63,759 nt of DNA, filler included, from Octopus bimaculoides (GCF_001194135.2; 6 parts of 5 records of this genome joined end to end with filler, not necessarily neighbours in it); one strand, 5' to 3'. Shown: positions 14,403 to 27,643, counted from the whole stretch's first letter. Made by a program: numbers and translations. Notes: a model not told the origin generated them from the letters alone.

Positions 14403-15140
14403 GTAAGAATGTTAATATTTTAGATCTTATTTAACCTACACCTCTCTTCCTCTCTGTTTCACTAACACATCCGCTTTCAGATATATCTTTGAACAGTTAA
14501 ACTGATATACGATATTGAAAGAGAATTGCTTTTGCTGTCTAGCGACCAGTCAACCCTGATCGAGAATTTCTATGCTTAAATCATTCTCATCATGATCAAT
14601 CAGACCTTTACTCAAACGTAGTTTATCTAGGAATAGGGTTATCCAATAGTTAATATAGTTATATAGGAATATAATTATAGTTATCCCTTCATATTTTTAA
14701 AACGGTATAGTGTGATTTGGGGGAGATTAGTCTGCTATTTCTAACAAATCATTAGATTACAGAGAGGGTCCGTCGTTAGCTTTGTCATACTAAAGGAGTT
14801 TCCTGTAATTTTTCCCCATGTGGAAAGGTCCTTAAACTACCGGAATACGAGGTTGGTCATATCCTCCGGTCCACACTGCTGATACTTTCATTCTTCTATG
14901 GAACTTAATTCTTGTAAGGGAAATATCCTAAGACCAGCACAATTTAATTTTCACGAATGAACAACCCAAGTAAGCACTTATGGCCTTTTGGTTATGAAGT
15001 TTCTATTGTTAGCTTGGATACTGAGTTCGATTCAACTACAAACTGGTCTGGTGAATTGTTTCGGCTTGGCTAATAATTGAGTAGAAGTAGGTTTGCTCTA
15101 ACTTTAAGGAAACCAATCGTCATCATCATCATCATCATCG

Positions 15141-15219
<79 letters not shown>

Positions 15220-15329
15220 ATAATTACATATATAGACACAACAGAAGTAAATAGACAATCGTTTAAATTATTTAAATATGAAATTATAATTTCAGATTAT
15301 TTATTGATTATTATAAGGTGAATATCTAA

Positions 15330-16320
15330 TATTTAGTAGACATGCCCCTTGCATTTTTCAATGCAAGGACCCTATTAGGCATGCTACTTACTGATCAGAT
15401 GACGAATATTCTCTTGAGGAATATCTTGCCAAGTTTCATGGGGTAATCCCAAAAGATCTCGCTTTGAGGATGTTTTCTTGTTCTTTTTATGAAGTGCCCT
15501 GTCCTTTATGACCAAGAGGTATCCAATTCATATCTCTTGACAGGCTTGGAAGCCTTTTAGTGCCACTGTCTTCCAAGCAATCTTGGGTCTCTTTAGCCGT
15601 GTGACAAGGAACCCTATCTTCTACAAATAGTCTTCTGTAATCATTTCAGCACTAGAGAAGACTGGAAGGAGTCCTTTCTGCACATATTTATCTGAGTCTA
15701 TGTTCCCCTCACACTCCACCAGCTCTGATCGACCATTGCTCCAAATTTCTCTCCAAACCATCACAGAATAGCTACCGTATTTCATAGTTTGCTGTAATCT
15801 TTTCACGTCAAATTGTTCATCACAGAGTCTCCAGACCCGTACGCGATCACTGTCAGAAAATACAGCAAATCTGGATTCATTAGAGAATATGACAGTGTCC
15901 CAAAATGCTAGTGACCTCTCCACCATCTCACTGGACCAATCTTTTCTCCGCTTGATATTGGCGGGTCGAAGAAATGGCTTCCTTCTTGCTGCTCTACCAC
16001 AGTAGCCAAATTTGTAGAAATATCTGACATCTGTTCTGAGACTGACATCAATTTGTTCTGTTATATCAAATTCCTTGCAACGAGGATTATCCTACACATT
16101 TTTCTTAACAAAGCCAGGGTCATACCTGAATGCGCTACTCCATCTGGGTGAGGTTGTGTGGATTCCATTCTCTCTCTGGTGAATAGCACAATAGCTCTAT
16201 TAACTGTAGAATGCGGAATCCCAAGGTATTCTGCGATTTAACATTAAGTCCACCTTCAGATTGACCCAAAATAAGGCCTCTTTGAAATTCGGACAGTTTC
16301 AAGGCTTCTTTTTACGTGGC
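15330..16320 (-). pseudogene. Tc1-family (DD34E) transposase pseudogene
   Basis: AARRKPFLRPANIKRRKDWS, WDTVIFSNESRF, MKYGSYSVMVW and SMPNRVLALKNARGMSTKY*. Frameshifted. Confidence 0.9.
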
Positions 16321-16499
16321 ATGATTAAACGGTCATATATTGAACCTGAAACATAAGAATATCAATTAGCAAAATTTTTAAGATGAAATAAACATAAAAT
16401 GATGTTTTATAGAGCATTTATTTACTTCTGTCATATTGTCAAGAACACTAAGTTTGTTAAATATCCCCTCAGAGTGAATAGACACCTGTTAAAAGTGAA

Positions 16500-18320
16500 G
16501 GCTTTTGTATGTGAACTAAGAAATAAGAGCAGCACGGGAATTATTGTGCCTTCGGACAAAACTAGTAATTTCTATCTTATGGATATTTATAAATATCATG
16601 AATTAAAGGAAAATGAAATTACTAGTAATTATAAAGTAGTAGGTAAGAATGTATTAAAAGAATTATATGTAATGTTGTTCTAGCCGACAGAACTGAACTT
16701 TTTGTACCAAGAAGGCCCAGAATTGTTTTGAAAGATCATAAGGAAAATTTCGTCTCCAACTCTAAAGTTAAATTAATTTGCCCAGGAAGTTCTGACCTGG
16801 GTAGATTAAGTAAAATTATTCTAGACAAGTATATTTCCAACCTTAAGGAAATATTAAAATTAGATCTCTGGTCCAATACCCAGGAAGACATTAATTGGTT
16901 TGATAAATTAGATAATAAAAGTAGAAGTAAATTCATTCAATTAAATATTAATAATTATTCTTCTACAATTAATCTCATTGTGCTAAATAGTGCACTTATG
17001 GTTGGTAGTAAAAATTCTAACCTAAGTTTAAGAGAAATTAAAGTTATTTGAAAGCTAGGAAGTCTATCATTCTATTTGATAAGAAGTGCTGGCCCAGAAA
17101 AAATACTATTGATTGTTTTGACATAGCCATGGGCTCAGCTGATTCTGCCCAAGTTACAGACTTAATAGGCATTTACATACTATATCATTTCCATAATGAA
17201 TTCCCAGAAATTAAAGGTGGTCTCTATTTTTGATCAACAGTAAATCCAATAGAAAAATAAACCCATATATGAAAACTTCCATAATTTCTTTAAAAGAGTT
17301 GGTTTATCTATCTCTAAAGAAAATGAACAGGATTCAGTTAATTATCTGGATTTAAATCTGAACCTATACAGTCCGTATCATAAACCCAACAATATTTTAA
17401 AACCATCCTAAAGCTATCATCATCCTAGAGCTATAACTCTGGTTAATAACATTTCCAGACGTGTTTCCTATTTATCCTCTAATGAGGAAATCTTTAAGAA
17501 TAAAGCCGAATATTATAATGATGCCCTTAAAAAGCAGGATACTGAATAGAATAGTATATTGTAATAAGAATGGGAACTACAAAAATCTTATTATAATAAT
17601 GGAAAACTGATTGACAACGAAGTGGGTGACTCTAATAGTAGAAAAGTATGCAATTTATTTGCAAATAGTAATGATTTGATTAACAATAGTAATAATATTA
17701 ATAAGAACAAGTGTAGTAAATAAAACCTGAATAAAAATAAATATTTAAATAACCTTAGGTTTAATGATAATAAATACACGCCACATGCCAACCCAAATAC
17801 ACCTAACGATGTTAAGTATAATGAAGATAATTATATTTGGTTTATCATTCCTTACGCACGACAAATATAAACGAAACTGTTTAAGCTATTCTACAGATCT
17901 ATATCTAAGCACTTTAATAAAGAACATAAAGATTATAAAATAACAAATAATAAAAGGATTAAAATAGGTTTTTCAGTATCTAAAAATTTGTTTAGAATTA
18001 TCTCCTCCTTTAATAATAAAAGTTTAGACAATTTTTATAATAAAAGAAAGAATAATAACAATATTACAGAGAATGATCTAGCTAGAAGCTGTGCTTGCAG
18101 ACATAATGATACATGTTTATTTAATAATTATTGTTTAAAGAACAATATTGTATATAGAAGTACAGTGGATTCGGAACGAAGAAATTATTTTTACATAGGG
18201 ATTACGGAAACTTTTTATTAAAAAATGGATAGCAAACCATGAATACACCTTTAGGAATAGAGATAGGTTTAACAGTACTAGTCTAAGTAAACTATTTTGG
18301 GAATTGAAGGATAGTAAGTA
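16500..18320 (+). mobile_element. Penelope-like element, Naiad-type (RT + CxCx5Cx5C + GIY-YIG), decayed
   Basis: SDKTSNFY, KDHKENF, KARKSIILF, FDIAMGSADSAQVTDLIGIYIL, CACRHNDTCLFNNYC and NIVYRSTV..YFYIGITET are in the correct domain order. Confidence 0.88.
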
Positions 18321-19194
18321 ATTAATGAGTTAGATGCAACATATGTTATAGATGAATTATATTAGATATTAACATCTGAGAGGAAATGGATTATTGAAAG
18401 ACGTGAAAGTGTTCTATCTTGTACACATTATTCTACATACGTGTTTAGCAAATTTTATTAAGTGTGTATATTTGTACTCGTATGTATCCATTTATAAGTG
18501 TACATATATGTGTATACATGAATAACTATATATTTGTGTATATGCATATATACGCATATATGCATATATGCATATACGCATATATGAATATATATATTTT
18601 CGTGTGTATACATGTATATGTATATATATATATATATTCATATGAAGAGGTGTACGCGTCTATCCATATATATATATATNNNNNNNNNNNNNNNNNNNNN
18701 NNNNNNNNNNNNNNNNNNNNNNNTTAATTAATTAANNNNNNNNNNNNNNNNNNNNNNNNNNNNNNNNNNNNNNNNNNNNAATATATGACTAATTACCAGA
18801 TCTTATAATAATATTTACCCATTACTCATGTTCTCATACTGAATATATTCGACGCAGTAAATATTTTCTGCGGATATAGTCCTGGAATCAGCGCGCCAAA
18901 ACGAAGACTTTTGAATTTTACCATTAAGCTGTAATTAGCAGGACCATATGCACGCGCACCCATGGCGGTGGGCAACTATGTATACGATTCTGATAATTGC
19001 TGTTACATTACAAATCAGGCTGATGAGGAATAGACAAATGGTAAGAATTTGTTAAATCCGAAACCTGGTTCCTGTTTAATAATGATTTTTTTAGGTGATT
19101 TTAAATGTTTTGCCCGCTCACGTTTTTGGTATGCTGATATACATATACACATATGTATACATGCGTATGTCTATCTGTATGTATGTATGTATGT

Positions 19195-20870
19195 TTTTTT
19201 TTAAGCTTTGTTTAAGTTCTTAAGAGAGTTCAAGCCAGTCGCTAACGAAGGTACAAGGCTTTTTTTAGTTAAGACAGTGCCCGGTGTTTGTAAATGTGGG
19301 GTTCAATTGATGTGTTGGTTGATCTGTCGATAAAAACACGCCCATGTGTGTGCATCTATTCATCTAAAGAATCTCAGATAGAGAATCTTTAAAATGTTTC
19401 ACAAATTTTCACGGTACTAGATTATATCACGGAAATAAATTGGATTTGGAGAATGCGCGTTAATATTTTTTTGCACTTTCTTCGAAAAAACGAGTATTTC
19501 TAGGTTTTATGCATGTATAAAAACAATGTCACATTTTTAACTTGAGAAAAGTCTTGCATGTTTTTACCGCTCTGGTTACAGTTTGTGTTTGTAATGTGCA
19601 AGTTAGCTGGTAGATTTCTTTTTCTGTGCAAGTTAGCTGATTAATTTCTTTTTCCAGATTGTCACAAAACCAAGTGCACTGGTGGTTATTGGTATAAATG
19701 TGAATTTGTAATCTGGGAATAGAAGTTGAAAGTTTCCAAGTAGTAGTCCGTAGATATTCCTTCTCTCTTTATTTTCGAAAAGATATTCATATCATCAACG
19801 CAGCTAACCTCTTTGACGGTACATACTATTTTTGTCCGTCCCATACAACGATATCCGTTCTGTTATGCTTGCACTTAGAATGTATGTATATATGTATGCA
19901 TGTATGTATGCATACATGTTCTCTTCTATTTTAATTGTTTAAATTCTTCCTCTGAGGGAGGAGCTGGTTTCTAAAAAAAGATACAAAGCTCCATTGTTGG
20001 AATGTTAATAACAAAAACGATGTCACCTTTTAAACTTGAGAAAAGTCTCGCACATTTTTACTCTACCACTTACAGATTGTATTAGCAATGTGCAAGTTAG
20101 TTGTTGATTTCTTTTTCTGAAAAACCCAGCTTACCCAGATTGTCACTTAAGCATTTACACATAAAACCAGGTGCATCAATTATTATGGGTATAAATGTGA
20201 ATTTATAATCAAGATATAAAATATGGAGGTTTCGAAGCAGTTGCCCGTAGTTATCTTCTTTCTCTTTTTTTTTTCTTTCTTCCCGCGATCCCTTTTGATC
20301 CAAATTATCCCCCCCCCCCCAAGAAAAGCTCTACTTTGTAATTTGTCCATTTTCTGTATTTAGCCCTGTGTGGCTATAATAAAAAAGATATCTTCTTTCT
20401 CTTTGATCTTCAACGAGATATTCACAGCACCAGAACAGCTGACCTCTGTACCGGTACATACTTTTTCATGTCTGTCCCAAACAAGACTATTCGGCCTATT
20501 GTGTTTACATTTGACAGATAGGAATGTTCTACCAGTATTCTTTGTATTGATGCTTGTGTATGTATTCAATAATAGGGGAATTCTCTATATTTATTCCAGG
20601 ATAGTTTTTGTATATTGGTATTGTATATTGTTTTTGCGACGTCGTGTTGCATAGAGAAGAAGTAACATGATATTTTTGGAAAGCTGCTAATCACATGTTT
20701 AATGTCTTCCACAGAAATATGACGTAATTTACATTTTCGGTTACATCTTTGAAATCCAGGGGCTTCTCTGTCTCTTTTGTTTGTTAAATATTCAGTAGCA
20801 GTCTCCTGTTCTTAGATTGTAAATGCACAGCCTTCGAAGTGGGATGTGATATAGCGGTAACAAGTTCAAA
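19195..20870 (-). mobile_element. Stack of three co-oriented RLE LINE 3' fragments (about 19195-19470, 19500-19880, 19920-20870)
   Basis: KCKHNRPNSLVWDRHEKVCT, EDNYGQLLRNLHILYLDYKFTFIPIIIDAPG and TVKIC.TF ends. Fragments are separated in part by (TATG)n. Confidence 0.8.
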
Positions 20871-21204
20871 AGAAGCTCGCTTAATATCGATGTTATTGTC
20901 TATCTAGTATTCAATTCATAGCTCTTAGAGAAATGAGTTTTGTAATTACGGTTTCTTTTATAACAACAGCTAGAAAGAATCTGTTTATCTGTTGAGTTGT
21001 TGTTTTCGTTCTGTTCCTCGGTTGCGTTATTGTTGATGTTGTAGCCAGCCATGTTGTTTGGAGTAATTCTCTGCATGGTAAATTCAAGTGTCAGTCGAAA
21101 ATCACTGCGATCGTAATTAAAAGCTCACTCAGTTAATTTATCAGAAGATTAACCAATCGTTTAACAAGGCTGATAGTTGTGGCTCCAAAATTGAAGATGA
21201 GGTT

Positions 21205-21585
21205 CTAGGAAAATTCGACGTAAATATTTTTGCCGCAGGAAAACTCACCTCAGTAATTATTGTCGTAGGAAACTTTACCGCATAGGAAATTTTGCCGTAA
21301 GATAATTTCGCAGTATAAATAATTTCGAAGATATGGCACACAACCTGATTTAGAGAAATTGCAGCTCTGAAAAAAAATTGCTTTTTGTGACCGCGTGTGT
21401 ATCATTGGCGATTTTCTTTCTCCGTCTTCCCTTCTTTGGACTTTTTCTATATTTCTGATGAAGAGCTCCGCTCGAAACACGAAATCCTCTTTCTTTTCTT
21501 TCCTTTCCTGAGCATCCAATAACACTGAACTTATTCCACGTCATCGCGTTGTTGTTTTTTCTTGCTTATTCATGTTTGGATTGAC

Positions 21586-21635
<50 letters not shown>

Positions 21636-22100
21636 ATAATTCTGTTTTAGATTTAACTGAGTTTTTTTTTTGTTTATATATTTGTTTTAAAACACTATCA
21701 TCTCTTAGATTGTTTTATTTTGCCCCCACTCATCGACCTCTGCAGCTTTTTTTAAACTCTAGGCACAAGGCCCGAAATTTGGGGGGAGGGGTCGCAAATG
21801 GTACTTAATTTATCGACCCCGAAAGGATGAAAGGCAAAATCAACCCCGGCGGAATTTGAACTCAGAACATAAAGACAGAAGTACCGCTAAGCATTTCGCT
21901 CGGCATGCTAACGTTTCTGCCAGCTCGCCGTCTTCCACCTCTGAATCTTTGCCATAATAATATAAGGTTGGTTGAAACAATTATATACCAAGGTAGCAAT
22001 TCATCTTTTTTCCAGTGAAATCGTCTTGCGGCAAAATTTCCTATGCGGCCAAAAATCCTGAGAAGAAATTTCCTGCGGCAAACTTTCTGGATACGGGAGA
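21205..22100. mobile_element. Putative non-autonomous DNA transposon with inverted subterminal arrays of a 15-17-nt unit; SINE nested inside
   Basis: About 8 degenerate GGAAATTTTGCCGYA units at 21205-21335 and about 5 units in inverted orientation at 22020-22095. Confidence 0.55.
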
Positions 22101-22319
22101 TAGAATTCAATATATTTTCGATAAATAGTCTCCCGCGCTAAATATGCGACTTGTCGCTTCGAGTTTGTATGTATGTATGTATGTATGTATGTATGTATGT
22201 TTGTATGTATATCATTATTCCGTTCATTTCAAGATTTCTTGCCAACAGAGAAAGAACCGGTTTTAACCTAGATCTAAGGCATTTTTGTATGTATGTATGT
22301 ATGTATGTGCAGATTTTTT

Positions 22320-23375
22320 TAAAGTATGTATTCTCATGCATATACTTCCATATCTAGACACGCTCATGTATATTTAAATGATAAACTTCTGGAAAGTTTT
22401 ACAGATTTTGACAGTTCCAGTGATGGATTGGATCTGAAGTCTTCGAATTAGCTCTTCTTTCTGGTTTTCAGAAGCCTAATTTCTCAAGATTGGTATTTAG
22501 GCAATGTGTTACATATCTCAGGGCCCCAATAATTACAGGTATAAACCTGAACTTGTAATCTGGATAGAGTAACTACAAATTTCTCAATAGTTCAGCGTAG
22601 GTGTTCTCTTTTTCACTGATCTTCAGCTTTATGTTAACATCCGCTGGGCAGCAAATTTCCACAACTGTGCTCAGTTTCTCTTCTCTATCCCAAATCATTA
22701 TATTAGGTCTGTTGTGCTTACATTTAATTGAGGTCTTCACTGGTACATTCCACTACTATTCCTTTTTATTATGAGTAACTATGGCTTCTACTGTATTGTG
22801 GGATTTTATGTCTTTGTCCTTGGGATTATCCTTCCGACGAATTTCATTATAGAGTGACCTAGCTACAACGTCATGTCCCATCGGTAGATAATACCGTGCT
22901 GACATTTTTGGTCAACTGCTTATGATGTAGGTGATATCTTGAATGTGAACTCCACAAAGTTTGCATCGATTGTCACATTTTACGGCTTTTCCTGCATTTC
23001 TATCCCTTTTGTGCCACAGGCACTTGGTTGATATTTCCTGTTCCTGGACTGCAAACGCATACCCTTCAAAGTGGGAGATAGTAATCCGGCTATTTGGTCC
23101 ATGATAAACTGCGTTGATGATCGCTGTTACTATCATCACGAAGCTTTCTACTAACATATCCATGCATAGTCTTCTGCTCATACAGGTTCATCCTTTCATC
23201 TGATGATATGTTGCGGTAGAGTCGTGCGACTTCTTTGGGCATGTATTTTAGGTTATCAGACAAAGAGTGTCTTATGATGTTATCAGCCTCGTGTATGCAA
23301 ACTTGGTCAAGGGATGCACTTCGACGCTTGGTGGTTAAAAGATGTTGCCGATGGGATATGATGCAACATTTAAAG
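22320..23375 (-). mobile_element. RLE-type LINE, 5'-truncated, flanked by (CATA)n on both sides
   Basis: MHGYVSRKL, FEGYAFAVQEQEISTK, CKLCGVHIQDITYIISSCPK (CCHC-type), KCKHNRPNIMIWD..VEICCPAD (PD-(D/E)xK nuclease) and GTVKICKTFQKFII*. Confidence 0.9.
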
Positions 23376-23645
23376 GTATGTATGTTTGTGTTTATGTATG
23401 TATGAGTATAAGTGTGTCTATGTATGTATGTATGTATGTATGTATGTGTGTATGTGTCTATGTATGTATGTGTGTATGTATGTGTGTCTATGTATGTATG
23501 CATGAGTATATGCGTCTATGTATGTGTCTGTATGCATGTATGTATACACGTATGTGTGTCTATGTATGCATGCATGCATGTATGTATGTATATGTGTCTA
23601 TGTATGTATGTGTGTATGTATGTATGTATGTATGTATGTATGTGT

Positions 23646-23965
23646 GAAGGCGCATGGCTTAGTGGTTAGAGTATTCGGCTCACGATCGTCTGGTTGTCAG
23701 TTCGATTCCTGGCGGTGTGTTGTGCTCTTGTGCAAGACACTTTATTTCAAATTGCTTCTGTCCACTCAGCTGGCAAAAATGAGTTCTACCTGTATGTCAA
23801 AGGGCCAGTCTTGGTCACACTGAATCTCCCTGAGAACTACATTAAGGGTACACGTGTCTGTGGAGTGCTCAGCTACCCACTTGCTCATTAATTTCACGAG
23901 CAAGCTGTTCCGCTGATCGGATCAACTGAAACCCTCGTTGTCGTAACCGACGGAGTACCAGTTTT
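23646..23965 (+). mobile_element. tRNA-derived SINE (near full length)
   Basis: A box tggcttagtgg, B box gttcgattcc and 3' tail gtcgtaaccgacggagtacca, which is shared with fragments at about 7010-7065 (+) and 39670-39780 (-). Confidence 0.8.
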
Positions 23966-24145
23966 ATGTATGTGTATATATGTGTATGTATGTTTGTATT
24001 TATGTACGTACAGACTCACGCATGAACGTGTATATGCATTTGTTTTCTTTAGGATCTATTTAAATTTGCTTTTGTTCTTTTGTTGTCTTTTGTGTGTTTT
24101 TTATTATTTAGAAAATTCAAGCTAGCCACCAGCCAGGAAGTAAGG

Positions 24146-24187
<42 letters not shown>

Positions 24188-24499
24188 CCAGTTAAGACAG
24201 GTATTGGAGGCTTGTGATCGTCTGAATTGATTGATGCCTATCTATAAGATTGTTTGTGTTCATGGATAACTTGTAGTTTTGTGGTGGATATACGTTTCAC
24301 TTTAATATACATGTGTCTGTCCTTCGCAAAGTCTTACACTTTAGTACACACGCGTTTGTGCTTCACTCTTATGTGTGTATTCATGCATTTCATATGTATA
24401 TGTCGATGTGTGCATATGTCCGACCCAGAAAAATACACATGGTTGAGGGCGGCCGCAGCATTTCACATCATTTTTTATAAATATATATATGTATAAGAA

Positions 24500-24790
24500 T
24501 CGATGGCTCAGTGGTTAGAGTGTCGGGCTCACAATCATGAGGTAGTGAGTTCGATTCTTGGACCGGGTTGTGTATTGTGTTCTTGAGCAAGTTCACTCAG
24601 CTGTAGAAATGAGTTGCGACGTCACTGTATCGGCCTTTGCCTTTCCCTTGGATGATGTCGGTGCAGTGGAGATGGAAGGCTGGTATGCATGGGCGACTGC
24701 TGGTCTTCCATAAACAACCTTGCCCAGACTTGTGCCTCAGAAGGGAATTTTCTAGGTGCCTCTCATGGTCATTCATGACCGAAGATGAGT
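24500..24790 (+). mobile_element. tRNA-derived SINE
   Basis: tggctcagtggttag A box, gagttcgattc B box and tgtgttcttgagcaag core. Related heads occur at about 9165, 40645 and 44040-44130 (-). Confidence 0.75.
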
Positions 24791-25632
24791 TTTTAAATGT
24801 ATGTATGCACATTCACACACATATACACACATTTTACGAGCTGCCACAGTTTATGTCGACTAAATCACACTCAAGACTCTGACCCATGAAACACAAGCCA
24901 AAGATGGTGCGTGAACATACCTCAACTTACATCGCTAATTAGTTCCAAGACATGCGACTTAAATTTTGAAGAAATGGTTTTTCGTGTTACGTCGTTTTCG
25001 AGTTTATAGCTTATATCTGTTTTAATAAATGATTTGTGTATATTTTTCCATGTAGGTTTTTAAGTTGTTTTTCTTTTGTTGTTGTTGCTATTTTTTTAAT
25101 TTTTATGATTTTCAATGTTCACTGAGACCGACATATGTCGGACAAATCGACTGATGTTAAGATTTATTTTTACCATTAATTTCTTTTTCAAAAAAAAAAA
25201 AAAAGCACGTCAAATCGAAAAAGACAAAACCTGAAATGACGTGAGTTGAGGTATATCTGTATATTTTTCTACGTATATTGCAAAATGGATATCAACATAG
25301 ATACTTCTGACATATTTAATTCACACTTTAACTTACTGAGCTGATAACACTGTTTATACAATATACACTCCCTTGTGGTGCGAAAGCGTATGAGACTGAT
25401 TATTGCCAAATGGAGATTATTGCGTCAGTCCTGTTTCGAATATTTTACATTTGTAAGGCGGCGAGCTAGCAGAAACGTTAGCACACCCGGCGAAATGCTT
25501 AGCGGTATTTCGTCTGTCTTTACGTTCTGAATNNNNNNNNNNNNNNNNNNNNNNNNNNNNNNNNNNNNNNNNNNNNTTAATTAATTAANNNNNNNNNNNN
25601 NNNNNNNNNNNNNNNNNNNNNNNNNNNNNNNN

Positions 25633-25668
<36 letters not shown>

Positions 25669-25981
25669 TGTGTGTGTCTGTGTGTGTCTGTGTATCAGAT
25701 AAAAGAGGATTAATGAATCGAAGATGGATCCTCCCCAGAACTCCGGCGAATACCAGCTAACAGGTTGTATATAGTAGACAGTTTATCTTAAACAAAGCCG
25801 TCCATACAAACTGGAATTCCTGGCCCGATAGATTAGATGTACTACATTAAGTCAAATAGTTAATGTAGTTCACTCAGGGTATTAGACTGAATTCTTTAGC
25901 TATGAGCGTTTCGATTCTACATGGAACATAGAATTCCATGAATAATACCAAAAGATCTACTCTTCAACATTATATACATAA

Positions 25982-26033
<52 letters not shown>

Positions 26034-26186
26034 ACAAAGAAGAATTTCGATTATCCCCACGTGGTGAGTTGTGATGCAAAAAGTGTATATATAAAATAGA
26101 AGAAAAGAAAAGAAGGAAAATGCACACAGCTTACATAGTTTTAATATACTTGTTAATATATTCTATAAGTGAAAGAGTATTGTGTT

Positions 26187-26219
26187 TATCGACCGGTTTC
26201 GCTTTCGCTAATCATGACA
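26187..26219 (-). ncRNA. Minimal type I hammerhead ribozyme motif, A3-U8 core variant
   Basis: Minus strand TGTC ATGATTA GC-GAAA-GC GAAA CCG GTC GATA gives stem I TGTC/GATA, core A3UGAUU8A, a 2-bp stem II with a GAAA loop, palindromic ACCGGU stem III and a GUC cleavage triplet. Confidence 0.62.
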
Positions 26220-27484
26220 TGGAAATTATTGTAATTTCGTATTCTCTTAAGAATATTTTAGTCCATGTTGTGTATGGAGAAATTTGTTATTAGTTGATTA
26301 AACAAGTAGAAAAATCTAAAAGGAGGTAACTGGTGATCGTAATTATTGGGGACAGGGGAAGTAATTGCTCATCTTTCGGGAAGGGGATAAATAAATATAT
26401 ATATATATACAAAGACACAAAAGCTAAAGTAGTGAGATGAAATATGTACAGTGATGGGTATGTGATCATGAATTAAAATATATACTGAGACCAAAGTTGG
26501 TTTTGCGTTCATATTTAGGCATATTCTGTATTTTCCGATGGATAAATTTTCATTATTTAAACATTCTTATACAGAAATTGTTTCTTTGCACTGGTAGATG
26601 GGAAAAACTGAAGCATTAACCCTAAAAACAACGTGGCATACAAACACTATTATACAAAATCTACCTATGCTCACTAGGGACCCAAAAATGAACAACATTC
26701 TGAAAACACATAAATTCACCAACTGCAAAAAGCATCACAAATCGCTGAAATGACTTCTAATAAATGCGAAGCTTTACACAACAACCACGAAACCAACGGT
26801 TAAAAAATGTGGACGCCCAAACTGTGGAACATGCACCAAGCTACTGAAAGGCTCCGAATTCCTATTCAAACAAGGAGAGAGGTTCACAATTAACAGCAGC
26901 TTCACTTATGCTTCCGAGAATTTAATTTATATTATAACTTGTTCAGGTTGTGGGCATAATTATATGGCACAAGCAAGTAAGACATTGAGACGGAGAACCA
27001 CACTACATAAGGAATAGATCCCGTTCCCGCAGTACAGACAGATTTCTTTGAGTAAACACATAGAGAGATGGGCAAGTAATATCCTACCAAACTTCACAGG
27101 TTTTCCCATCTATCAGTACAAAGAAACAATTTCTGTATAAGAATGTTTAAATAAAGAAAATTTATACATCGAAAAATACAGAATATGCCTAAATATTAAC
27201 GCAAAACCAACTTTGGTCTCAGTATATATTTTAATTCATGATCACATACGCATCACTGTACATATTTCATCTCACTACTTTAGCTTTTGCGTTTTTGTAT
27301 ATATATATTTTATTTATCCCAATCCCGAAAGATGAGCAATTACATCTCCTGTCTCCAATAATTACGATAACCAGTTACCTCCCTTTAGATTTTTCTACTT
27401 GTTGAATCATCTATTTGGAAATTTCTCCATGCACAACATAGACTAAAATCTTCTTAAGAGAATACGAAATTTCAATAATTTCCA

Positions 27485-27517
27485 TGTCATGATTAGCGAA
27501 AGTGAAACCGGTGGACA
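27485..27517 (+). ncRNA. Second copy of the hammerhead motif, cleavage triplet mutated (GUG)
   Basis: TGTC ATGATTA GC-GAAA-GT GAAA CCG GTG GACA. Stem I is perfect and the core variant is the same. Confidence 0.5.
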
Positions 27518-27598
27518 AACACAATACTCTTTCACTTATAAAATATATTAAAAAGTGTATTAAAACTATGTAAACTGTGTGCATTTTCCTTCTTTTAC

Positions 27599-27643
<45 letters not shown>

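Larger units (their letters stand above)
26110..27600 (+). mobile_element. Penelope-like element 3' part (GIY-YIG) with an upstream inverted pseudo-LTR
   Basis: Body 26615-27200 encodes KKCGRPNCGTCTKL..SENLIYIITCSGCGHNYMAQASKTLRRRTTLH. Positions 26110-26612 are the reverse complement of about 27095-27600. Confidence 0.88.

Noticed and set aside
18790-19045. Possible short exons after the 18724 join (open frames with AG/GT on either strand)
   Set aside because: No similarity to SLC22 or any family I recognise, weak pyrimidine tracts, and candidate frames conflict.
21205-21335. Short repeat arrays (also 28135-28195 and 61020-61440) as CRISPR-like
   Set aside because: Eukaryotic context, no unique spacers of regular length and no cas genes. 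These are simple tandem or subterminal repeats.
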